DNA of 40,375 nucleotides from Octopus bimaculoides (lineage: Eukaryota). Location of the stretch: positions 50,958,703 through 50,999,077 of the forward strand of contig NC_068991.1 of NCBI RefSeq assembly GCF_001194135.2, in the 5' to 3' direction. How positions within the stretch are numbered: the first letter of the stretch is position 1; each line of letters begins with the position of its first letter. The notes under the pieces are model-generated. The model ran no database searches and was not told the DNA's origin. It worked only from the letters and a program-made list of their open reading frames with translations. Shown here piece after piece: positions 11,097 to 22,152 of the stretch. Position numbers and translations under genes: made by a program.

Positions 11097-11615
11097 TTAA
11101 CTAAAGGCTTGTTTTGTTTGTGCTTTTCCCTCCGGTTTTTTGTTCTATGTGTGCCATAAATATCGCCATCCATTTTAGAGAAAAATTTGTAGTTTAGAAT
11201 CAGTAGTTCTTTGACTGCTGTTTCTGAATTTTCAGTATGTTGGAGAAGCAACTCAATTGCTAATCCCTTATATTTATTATGATATATATATATATATATA
11301 TATAATGTATGAGTGTTTGTGCGTATAAGTATGCTAATATACACAAGCTTGTCTGTTTGCACTCACACTCCACTCACACTCCACTCACAAATGCTCCATG
11401 ACTAGTCATAAACTGCAGAAATCAGCTTTCTTTAAACTCTGATGCTTAATAACTTCATTGCAGATGTAGCAACACATTAGTTCTCCCCTTGTCCTGTACA
11501 GACCTCGTTTAGTGGATTAGGGATTAGCTCTGTTGCAGCTGATTATGCTTCTTATTCCTACCCCCCCCCCTCAAACCAACCCCTTCTGACTGTAATTCTT
11601 TGTATCATACTTTAA

Positions 11616-11753
<138 letters not shown>

Positions 11754-11811
11754 TAATTGTTTGTATCAGACAGTTCTTTTTTTTTTTTTTTTACTGTATA
11801 CTGCTGTAGAG

Positions 11812-12400
11812 ACAAGTTAGAAGTTCATGTTGATGTTATACCTAGGGTGTCATATATTTGGTTTTGCACATAGTATTGTTCTAGAGAATGCTTAAGAAAA
11901 TATAAGAAAATTATGATTAAACCTTGGGAGAGGCATTATGCCGGTAATAAACACACGCACTGGTTCAGTCCTTTATTAATTTATAAACAGTATATAGTTT
12001 TTTGTTAAATAATTTCATTGCATTCTTGCAATCCCTTCAGTAACTTGTCTCTCCACTTCCATTAGACAAGTTACTGAAGAGATTGCAAGAGTGCAATGAA
12101 ATTATTTAACAAAAAACTATATACTGTTTATAAATTAATAAAGGACTGAACCAGTGCGTGTGTTTATTACCGGCATAATGCCTCTCCCAAGGTTTAATTG
12201 TATTTCTTTCAACACACGTATCCACATCAAGAATCTTGCACACAAAATACACATGAGAAAATTATGAGTTTATTTTAAAATTTGAGATTACATAGACAGT
12301 ATTTTATGTAGACGTATTTTACGTCCCATGAGCACTATCTTTTGAATTTCTGCCATTTTGGGGTTTCCTGGTATCTGAGTTAGGTAGCAATCAGCCCCTT
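11812..12400. repeat. Unclassified dispersed repeat, interrupted by a foldback insertion; an uninterrupted copy lies at about 40152-40375
   Basis: acaagttagaagttcatgt...cctaggg...catatatttgg...agaaaattatg...ttaaaatttgagat.acatagacagtattttt...cccatgagcactatcttttgaa is shared by both loci. Confidence 0.85.
11917..12255. mobile_element. Foldback insertion (135-bp inverted arms, 13-nt spacer, 57-nt one-sided tail) flanked by a 12-bp direct repeat; probable Penelope-like element remnant
   Basis: Arms 11916-12050 and 12064-12198. AGAAAATTATGA occurs at 11905-11916 and 12256-12267. A decayed hammerhead core lies in the arms. Confidence 0.6.
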
Positions 12401-13389
12401 TTGCTATCATTCCTAAGGCACCTGTGACAACAGGTATTGTTTTAGTCTTGAGGTTCCGCATTTTGCCAGTTTCTATTTTAAGATCTTTATACTTGCTCAG
12501 TTTTTGGTTAGTCTAACAATTCTTTCCACTAAAGGCACAAGGCCTGCAATTTTGGGGGAGGGTGGGAAGTCAGTTACATGCTGAACTGATATTTATTTCA
12601 TTAACCAACCCCAAAAGGATGAAAGGCAAAGTTGATCTCGACAGAATTTGAACTTGGTATGTAAAGATGGATGAAATATTGCTAAGCATTTTGCCTGGTC
12701 TGCTTAAAATTCCGCCGGCTCACTGCCTTCTGTTTAAAAGCTGATTTCAAATTTTGGCACAAAGTCTTGAATTTTTGGGTACAGAGCTAAACCAATTACA
12801 TCGATCCCCAGTGTTTAACTGGTACTTATTTCATATACCTTGCAAGGATGAAAGGTAAAGTTGACCTTTAAGTCATGAGGAAGTAAACAAACCAACACCA
12901 ATTGTCAAGTAGTGGTGGTGATGGTGGGGACAGAAACACAAACACACAAACATATATTTAGAATGTGGTTATAGCTGAACACACTTGCCCAAAGTGCCAC
13001 ACAATGAGACTGAACCCAAAACTGTGTTGGTTACAAAGCGAGCTTTTTAACAACACAACTATGTCTATAGAACTGGTTTCCAGGTAGAAGAAGTAGTGGA
13101 ATCGTTACATTAGAATTGAGATTGCAAGGTACCCTGAGTAGCTCTATTACTTCCATTTTAAACATGGTTTACTAATTTGTACTTTCTCCAACTTAAAGAT
13201 AAATTTCAATTCATTGAGATGAATGGCATCCACTTTGTCTTCCTCCATCAACCTAAATTATCAAAATTCATACTATTAACCTACTTGAGATATTTTCCTT
13301 AACACATTTTGTTTTTTCATAATTCTGCAAATTACTGCTGGCTCAAATTGTTCCATGTCCACTAATCCAGCAGCCTCTAAATAGCTTTA

Positions 13390-13430
13390 TTCTACTGACG
13401 AGGTATAATAAGACTGAAACATGTCTATAG
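13390..13430 (+). ncRNA. Decayed minimal hammerhead motif
   Basis: CUGACGA 13395-13401; short stem II ggt/act; GAAAC-AU-GUC with palindromic ACAUGU; weak stem I; AATAAA shortly downstream. Confidence 0.5.
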
Positions 13431-14854
13431 TTGTCACTGTGCCAACTAATAAAGATCAAATTTTCTTCTAAGCAATGAATATTTGTAATTTTTCTGTGAA
13501 ATTCTTAATTCCTCTTTATGAGACATTAACGGACCTGAAGTTATTTCCCCTGGCTCATTTTTTTAATAACTACATACAGTGTTTGAAGAAGATTTGGCTG
13601 GGGCATTGAACAAGTAGTTCAAGGATTACAATTGATAAATTAACGTCTGAGGAAGTGGATATGTTTCATATAGGGATTAGATTTGGAGGTGAGATGTGTG
13701 AGGCAGGAGAGTTTGTGCTTGGAGTTTAAATACTATTTTGTATAGAATTATTTAATTAATAAGTATTTTACTGTGAGCTGGCCTCTGAAATACTGAATTA
13801 TGTTTGATAATATTATACAATTGGATGGAAATTCCTAGTAGACTGGGGTCAGTGAAAATAGAATGTTTGAATGTGTAAAGGTTTTACGATAAAGAGAGTC
13901 AGGTTCATCTAGAATGGTCCTTTTTTTATGAAAATTAGGTGATAGTACAGTCTGTTGAGTTAAGAAGAGAAAGAACCAAGAAGAATATGTCTAAATATTG
14001 ATGTATATGGTTGTATTTACTTAAACTTACAATTATACTTACAAAAATACATATGGTGGGTGTACCACTATGTAGTTTTTGATAGCTATAAATTCTGCAA
14101 TGCCTGAAAAATTAATTTAATTATATGGTCAGAGGTTCAAACTTTAGCATCCCTTAACTGAATTGAGCCTCTAAACAAGACTGTAACTTCTCTTGCCTTG
14201 GTCTGCCTGGTTGAAATCAGGTTCAACTTTCATTATTCATTTAATGACTGATTAATGAGCTGCAGGAACAGTATCCAGAGGTGAAAGCAATTCCTCTAAC
14301 ATTATAGCTATGCCTAAAAATGTATAATGAGGAAATTAGTAGTAAGTAGTAATATGGGGGAATGTGCTGTAACAGCGCTTCCAGATTACAGTGACAGGAA
14401 ACCACATTTTACAATCTGCCAAATGATACCATGTAATTCTACACCAATCATAAAATCTTATGTGCTGTGTGGGGTCTGGCATATCATAGAATAAACCCAT
14501 CATTTCCTCTGCATGTTGTAAAAGGTGACTAAAAAGAGGGTGAGGTAAGATTTACACTCCAGCCTTGTAAAACCCTCACCAGCAACAGACTACCCAAATA
14601 GACCCATGGTTGGAGGGTTGTCACTTGAGTCGTACAATGAGGAAATCGATGTTAATAAAATATATACAGGAACTTAAAGGACAGAGGACTATGTAAGTCT
14701 TTTAATACAAGTTTCTCCAGTGATTTAGAATACAGAAGAATTAGTAAAGAAGAGAAACCTTTTGTTTGTTGTTTACTAAATAAGATTTTAATGAAATTAT
14801 TTTCTGTTTTTAATTGCAATGTTTATTATGTTTAATTTTGTTTCCTATTTTTAG

Positions 14855-14929
14855 TATGATAAAGAAGAAATCTGCTTTTCCCATATAAATTATACGGATA
14901 ATAGTTTGTGTGTGGAACTCATTGAAAAG
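14855..14929 (+). CDS. Myosin motor exon B: YDKEEICFSHINYTDNSLCVELIEK
   Basis: ttttag acceptor and GTAAAT donor; 75 nt, phase 0/0. Continues LEQEI-Y..E.I....I.Y.DN..C.ELIEK, as expected after the relay helix. Confidence 0.95.
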
Positions 14930-16352
14930 GTAAATAATAATTTGATGATTCTGGTCTTCCTTCTAGAGATGAGTCAATTCTGTTTATGGTTTTGTGATTG
15001 AGTTTTTATTATTCCTGTGACTCTTTGTTATAAATCTCCATACATAACAACTATTCATGAAGTTTAGTTGATTAAATACCAACTTATTTGAAAGATCCTA
15101 AATAATGACTGGTGATGGTTGTGTCTCTAATAAAGAGATTTAACTTCCAATGACTCAGTCCATCTAGCTGTAAGGAGGTCACATATGGTTAGTTCACCAT
15201 TGACAACATGTTAATAAACTCAATATTGTTGAAGTTAACTCTTTTCATGGAAGTAACACCTCCAGGGGTTGTCCTTGAGCATGTTAAACAAGATCAGTCT
15301 TAGCCACCCCCCTACACACATATTTCAAATTTCAATTAATTAATACTTTGCTGCATTGAGTCATTAAAAAGAAGATATTTTTCTTGTTTTATTTTGAGTC
15401 ATCTTCCTTACTTTTGTTAGGTTTTCCTAAATATCGTTTCACAGTGTTTTTCTTTTCAGTATAGTTAACACATTCATCACATTAAGTATGTGAACAGTTA
15501 CTTCACTTCTTTTATACTAAAGTATTAAGGGTGATGAAAAATAAAAAAATAAAAATTGAAACAGTGAACATCAGCTCACTTATCAAAATGAATGTTGCAA
15601 TTTCACCTTGTCAAACATTGCAAATAAACTTTAATATCTCTGTCTTATAATCCATGTACTTGATCATAAAAGTGGGTTTATTTTGACTGCTGTCTTCTTG
15701 ATTGCATCTCATATGCTGATATCTATTTCTGCACTCATATATGTAACTATAAAAGTAGACAGAGCTTTTGTGGACTTGTCACTCTACACTGTTAATGATA
15801 AGCATTTACTGCTCTGAACATAAAATATCTGAGAAATAGGTGTCACTAAGATGATAAGGTACTGAACCAAATAATTTGTTGTTTTTTAGAAACATCTTTA
15901 TTCCACATTGGATCGTTTCACTGAGTTACGGCAATAAGCACCAGTATATCTGGGAATATTACTTGAGGTGGTCCAACATCATATTCAGAGGGTATTTGTC
16001 TTTCAACTGTTTGATGTTATGAAACCAGTGATACGCTTCAACAACAACCCTCAAAAAGGCTTTAGAGTTTAGTGATTATATTTAAGAGACTTATTGGCAA
16101 ACATACAGGACCTCTGAAGGTCAACATTGCTCATGCTTTTACACATATATGTGCAGGCCTAGCTAGGAATTTTTACGTTTCTTTTTGAAGAAGACTGGCA
16201 GCTAACCCATGTATGCAAGTCTTCTGTCTCCACATAACTGACATTTATTCAATAAATAGCTAATTATTATTGAAAAATTATCATGTGTATTAAAATCATT
16301 ATTCTTATTGTTGCATCACTGATCATTCTGAAACTGCTTCTTAATTTTCCAG

Positions 16353-16403
16353 GCACCCCGATGCATATTAAAAATATTAGATGAAGAATGCCGATTTCCT
16401 CAG
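16353..16403 (+). CDS. Myosin motor exon C: APRCILKILDEECRFPQ
   Basis: ttttccag acceptor and GTAAAT donor; 51 nt, phase 0/0. Matches the myosin (G)ILxLLDEECxFP motif. Confidence 0.95.
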
Positions 16404-17959
16404 GTAAATTTTGTTACATTTTTTTCTATATATTATCAGGAAATGTGAAGTAGTTTTTTATAAACTATTCTGCATTTCTGATTTTTCTATATAACCAAGA
16501 TAGAATACGTAGAAATTTAGATGGCCCATTGTATTTCAAACTTAACGGTTTAAACTGGCTTCTTAGTAAGAGCACCTTTGTTAGATGTGTACCCCAGTGT
16601 ACTCCACTGTGCTTTTAGAATGCTACTTTTCCACCAGTAATTCGTAGACATTTTTAATCAAAATAAAATGTAGGAAATCAGTTTTACCAATCTTCGGAGT
16701 CCATAGTTTGTTATTGCAGGAAGCCTTACTCCTCATGGCCCATGCCACTCTATGGACAAGTTATCCTCCTCCCCATTAACACAAAGACTATACACAGTAC
16801 TTCACAATATACTGCAATACATCATCAAACAGTTATATAAAGCAGTTAGTCTGTTGAGACAAGCAGAAAACTCAAACACTACAAAAATAACAACAAGAGC
16901 ATCAATAACTGCTTTAACAGAAAGTCTTGTGCTGGGCTACTTCATGCTAATTGTGACAAAGGAATAAAAACAATCACTTCTGTAGCCTGACTAATTAACT
17001 TAATTGCTTCCCTCTCCACTGTTGTTATCACCACCAACACCAAGAGACTTACAAAAATAAGAGAACAAGGAGAAAGAAGAAAAAAAAAAAGTCTTCTTTT
17101 TGTCACACTGCAAGTCCTATCATCGTTGTCATCAACTAGATGGAGGAGGCATGGATATAGCTAAGACTCTAGATTTGTGGATTACAACTAGTTGTTCAAA
17201 TTATTTCCTGAATGTTATGGTCAGCTGGCTAAGGGCTGAACTAGGCTAAAACAACAACAACAATGTCGCAGATTATCCCAGAAGCCATTTCGGCAGTTAC
17301 TGGACTACATAAAAGGCCTATAACAGAGTTATCTCCCCTATACTTATATTGGCCTCATTTAATCAGTCGAGAGCAAACGAGCTGCTGACATCGATATCGA
17401 AGAGACTCAGAGAAACGAAGTAAATCTTCAGTTTGCAAATGATTGCATTTAATATATTCTTATGAAACAGCCAAGTTGAAGTGGCAATAAACATTACTTC
17501 TTACAGTACAAGTAGAAAGATGTATTTTTTCAACGTAAGTACTGAAAGAACAGCATATATAGAATAAAATCCTTACAGAGTAGAAAAATCTGTCAGCAAC
17601 CAGCTGCTTTTCTATCTTAGAACTACAGCCATTCTGTGGCACTGACTTCAAAGTTTAGTCAAACTTATCAACCCCAATATTTTAAAGTCAGGTTCTTATT
17701 TTGTTTACTTTTCTATTTGAAAAACAAAACAAAACAAAGCAAAACAAAACACTAACTTAAAAGTTATAAACATGAGGACACTCATATACATGTACAACAG
17801 ATTTCCATACACTTTTAATGTACTAAATTTCATCCACAAGGAATAGGTTACATTGAGGCTGTAATAACAGACATTTGCCTAAGGTACAACATATTTGTGT
17901 GTGTGTGTGAAGTTGTGTCATAACCGCAGCCATACTTTCACTTGTAGTGAAACTACCTA

Positions 17960-18570
17960 TCGTCATTAGATACAAAACTGCTATCGCCATTCTTCTCATT
18001 TAAATATAAACAAACGCGAACGTAGCGGAAAACATTAACCCTGTCATCACGTGACTGATCATTATTCGAATCGGCAACTTCTTCGAACCGTTCCCGCCAG
18101 AACACAAACTGACCAATCACAGCCCTTAATAAGGTCACGTGATAGTGTTTTTCTGCTACCGTCTTGGAGCCCCCTTAACGCCTTAAATAGATCAACTCAT
18201 ACCAAACAATTTGTCTCGGTCCAGTTTCTCTTTGAGATCTGTTCCGTGTACCACACGACAGCAGCAGCAACAATCAGCCAGCGACCACTTCAACAGCTTC
18301 GTCCAGCCAACGATGACCACCGCCGTCGCCATATCAGCAACACGTTTCTTCGACTCTTACCAAGGCAGACAGCGACCAAGCAAGACATCTAAGCAAGCTC
18401 TCCCATTTGAGTGTGGTTGAACCAAGTTGTCTCTATAACGACACCAGCACGAAGAACCGTACATCTACATTTCAAGCTACTCTAAAATCAGACAATTAGA
18501 AGCTGTTTACCTTTTCCACCGAACAATAAATATTTGTTGTTGTTGATCAGTTTGGAGTTTCTGCGTTCGG
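17960..18570. promoter_or_regulatory. CpG-rich, promoter-like island inside the myosin intron between exons C and D
   Basis: Hand count of about 33 CpG in about 610 bp, against about 3 in 13201-13800. TCACGTGAC at 18047-18055, CCAAT at 18113-18117, GTCACGTGA at 18134-18142. Confidence 0.5.
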
Positions 18571-18689
18571 TTCTCTTCCAATTTAATGTAGGAGAGTTAG
18601 GTGTATATCTAAAGATATATAACCTACTCTCCTAAACACTTATAAACCATACCTCCAGAGCTTAGAAGCACAAACATGATCATTTCTAT

Positions 18690-19340
18690 TAATGCTCCGT
18701 TGGATGTGTAATGTCAATGTGAATACCCGTCAGAGTGTAAGTATCTTGAGAGAAAAGCTGAACATTAGAAGCATCAGTTGTGGCGTGCAAGAGAGACGAT
18801 TGCGCTGGTATGGACATGTGGTGGGAATGGATGAGGATAGCTGCGTGAAAAAGTGCCACACCCTAACAGTTGAGGGAACCCGTGGAAGAGGTAGGCCCAG
18901 GAAGACCTGGGCTGAGGTGGTGAGGAAAGACCTTCGTACATTGGGCCTCACCGAGGCGATGACTACTGACCGAGACCTTTGGAAATGTGCTGTGCGTGAG
19001 AAGACCCGGCAAGCCAAGTAAGATCNNNNNNNNNNNNNNNNNNNNNNNNNNNNNNNNNNNNNNNNNNNNNNNNNNNNNNNNNNNNNNNNNNNNNNNNNNN
19101 NNNNNNNNNNNNNNNNNNNNNNNNNNNNNNNNNNNNNNNNNNNNNNNNNNNNNNNNNNNNNNNNNNNNNNNNNNNNNNNNNNNNNNNNNNNNNNNNNNNN
19201 NNNNNNNNNNNNNNNNNNNNNNNNNNNNNNNNNNNNNNNNNNNNNNNNNNNNNNNNNNNNNNNNNNNNNNNNNNNNNNNNNNNNNNNNNNNNNNNNNNNN
19301 NNNNNGAAAGCGGACGTTAAACGATGATGATGATGATGAT
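18690..19340 (+). mobile_element. 5'-truncated RTE LINE, low divergence (ORF C-terminus, gap, (GAT)n tail)
   Basis: ORF 18692..19021 MLRWMCNV...ERRLRWYGHVVGMDEDSCVKKC...GRGRPRKTWAEVVRKDL is a typical RTE C-terminus. The tail gaaagcggacgttaaacgatgat follows the gap. Confidence 0.92.
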
Positions 19341-19346
19341 TATTAT

Positions 19347-19570
19347 TCAGTAGTTTTATTTTTATAGTGTGCTTTCACTTCACTACCGAGTGCAGCTCTG
19401 TGTGCTTTGGGTATGTGCTGTGGTTTGCTGTGATGCTCTTATGGTTACTGTATTGAAAGTGTTTTGCGTAGGATATGTGCACAGCCCAGTAGTGCAATTT
19501 TCTGTATGTTATATATATTTATAGGAACCTGGCATGTAAGTCCTGGTGTTTTTGTTATGTATTTGTCTGA
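19347..19570 (-). mobile_element. 3' end of an R4/Dong-like (restriction-like endonuclease) non-LTR retrotransposon
   Basis: Minus-strand YNIQKIALLGCAHILRKTLSIQ* resembles the QK.ALLGTAHILR C-terminal motif of R4/Dong elements. A short 3' UTR follows, with (AAT)n on both sides. Confidence 0.75.
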
Positions 19571-19623
<53 letters not shown>

Positions 19624-20259
19624 CATCAAGGCAGCAAACTGGGAGAATTGTTAGCACACCAGGCCAAATGCTTAGCAGCATTTTGTTTGTCTTTACATTC
19701 TGAGTACAAATTCCTCCGACATGGACTTTACCTTTCATCCTTTTGGAGTTAATAAAATATGTACCAGTTGAGTATGGAGGAAGGGGTCAATGTAATCAAT
19801 GTCAAATATATATATATATCATGGTATCAACCAGACTATCGGCTGTTGTTATATATTACTGGACACTATGTGCTTTGAATGATGCCACCCAACAGGCCAA
19901 CATTTCCCCTGATTGAAAGGCTATTCCATTGCAGGGTTACCCATTTACAGATGAGTGGACATGAAATGAAGTGTTTTGCTCAAGAATGCAATGTGCTGCC
20001 CAAACTGGGAATTGAATCCACAATCTATCAATCATGACTGTAACACTCTAACCACTTGGCCAGGCACCTTCACATGTACATATAAACCATACAAAGCAAG
20101 ATGGTATGAAAGATGAATGTATTCATTTAATCACATGACATATACCTGTCTAATATATTTATCTCTCATATCTTCTGACTTTTTATGGTTTATATACTCC
20201 TCATTAAATAATTTCATTGATTGGATCATCTCTATTTCAACTGCATGAACGCTTTACAT

Positions 20260-20493
20260 CAACGGTTCCCAAAGTGGGCAGTACTGCACCTCCTGCAGGT
20301 GGCAGAAAGATCTAGGGGACATTGAAGAAAAGTGGGGTTATAACAGGGTGATGTGAAAACAACAAAATAATAGATTAATTAGATTAATTTATGAAATACA
20401 GTTGTTTTGAATTTGTGATGGTGTCAGGGGGTGGGGGTGGATGCAGCCTGGATGCCAAGGGAGCAGCAGCCCAAAATAGTTTGGTAACCACTG
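20260..20493. mobile_element. hAT (Charlie-like) MITE
   Basis: Termini caacggttcccaaa / tttggtaaccactg; 8-bp flanks ctttacat / ctctatat (6 of 8 identical). Confidence 0.75.
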
Positions 20494-21869
20494 CTCTATA
20501 TTATACTTCTCTGTATTGGGTTACTATGTTGTCTGATAGCTGAGTTCATTAGAGGAGCTTTCTGTGATAACCCCATGATTCTCTGAATCCATATCTTATA
20601 ATATAAATATATATATATATATATATATAGGTACATATAAAATATGTTTTCATGTTTAGATTTGTTTCTCCTAAAACTACTGACCTATAAGTGGTGGCAA
20701 CAAATAAATCTTTCTCTGGGTTACAGTTCTTGTGATGAAGAATTGTCTGAAAGAATTTAGTATTTTGGGTGGACTTTGGCAGACTAGCTGGCACAGTTTG
20801 CTCATTGAGAGGAGCATAAACAGATGTAGCAATTGTAACTATGACTAGTGTAGTAATTGTAACTATGATGAGTGGTGTTTTGGGAAGTAAAGATTTAATA
20901 ATGAAAGAACTGGCTTTTATGGAGATGTAATCTGAATTGTTATTTAGTGCCACTGCGGTGCTAGTGGTGTTTTATATTATTTTATATTATAATACAATAA
21001 TGCTAATGGTTGCAGGTTTTCAACAGGCTAGTCACTGATTTATTGTATTTCTTGAGGGGATATAGACAGTGGAGTGTATACCACTAAGCACAGAACAAAT
21101 ATGTTCAAGGACTTCATGTATAAAGCACTATTTTTTTGTGTTAGTTTTCTTGTTTTTATGACGTTCTTCAGAGAGTATATTGGCAAAACATGGGCGCACT
21201 CAATATTTGGCATATATTTATTATCAGATTAACTTGGCTTCACTGATTAAAAAAATGTAAAAAGAAAAGTACTTGATTGTTCAGCTATGAAAAACACTGA
21301 ATGGCAACTTAATTCCAGTCTATAATTTAATGTTGGTTGTCTTTGGATGGTAAATGGTATTGTTAAGTTAGGGTCATGTGATGAGAACTAGTACTTTAAC
21401 AATACTGTTATAGTTACAAATGACCAGTAACTGAATGGCTGGTAACATTGGCAAAAATAAATAGGAGTAGTCTCCCTTGCCTGCAGTTGCTTATATGAAT
21501 GGCTTTCATTTATCCAATGACATCCAACTGTATTTAGAAGTTGTGACCACTTGGTGTTGTTGTATACAGACAATCAAATATGAATTAAATTTGCCTTTCA
21601 CAAAGTTTTAACAAAGAAAACCTCAGTCAATTTCTTATGATGGTTTCCGTTGTTTTATGTATTATTTTGGTTTGGAAGTTGCATACATAATTAACTACAG
21701 GTTTCCAATGAGTTAGTTTCTGGTTCACTCCATTTCTGAGTGTGAAAATATCAAGGGAGTGGTTGTAATTCAGCACAGAACAAATATCTCAAGGACTTTC
21801 TCACACGCACCAGCTTTTACAGTTTTCTCACTTATGTTTGCCTTTTTCTCTGATATACATCAGTGATAG

Positions 21870-21900
<31 letters not shown>

Positions 21901-21944
21901 TGTATGTATGTATGTACGTACGCATGTATGGTTGTGATGCATCT

Positions 21945-22052
21945 GCCTGGTGTACCCTTATCAGACAGGTAGTCACAATGGGTATACTGGGCTTCATATA
22001 TTTTACCCCAGTGTCACTTTGATGGCATGCACTGCTCTCTCACTCAGTAATA
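21945..22052 (+). repeat. About 100-bp retroposon-like 3' end terminating in (AAT)n; second copy at 25781-25880
   Basis: ggtgtacccttatcaga..ggtagtca..atgggtata...tttaccccagtgtcactttgatggcatgcactgctctctcactca-(AAT)n is near-identical at both loci. Confidence 0.8.
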
Positions 22053-22152
22053 ATATAGAAAGAAGAAGAACAATGATAAATGCCTTGGGAGATATGTCAG
22101 GAAATGCTGGCAATTGTATGTGATTTGTTTTTTTTAATTTTGTTTTATTCAG

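Noticed and set aside
10988-11362. 124-aa minus-strand ORF
   Set aside because: Its start lies in low-complexity sequence and I recognise no domain. The region is better explained by the + strand hammerhead module.
18051-18420. ORFs of 113 and 69 aa inside the CpG island
   Set aside because: No recognisable homology or clear splice signals. Higher GC content makes short open frames likely by chance.
21087-21798. About 28-bp direct repeat (agcacagaacaaatat..tcaaggactt) at 21087 and 21772
   Set aside because: Short, with weakly similar flanks; probably remnants of an old repeat or local duplication with no functional signal.
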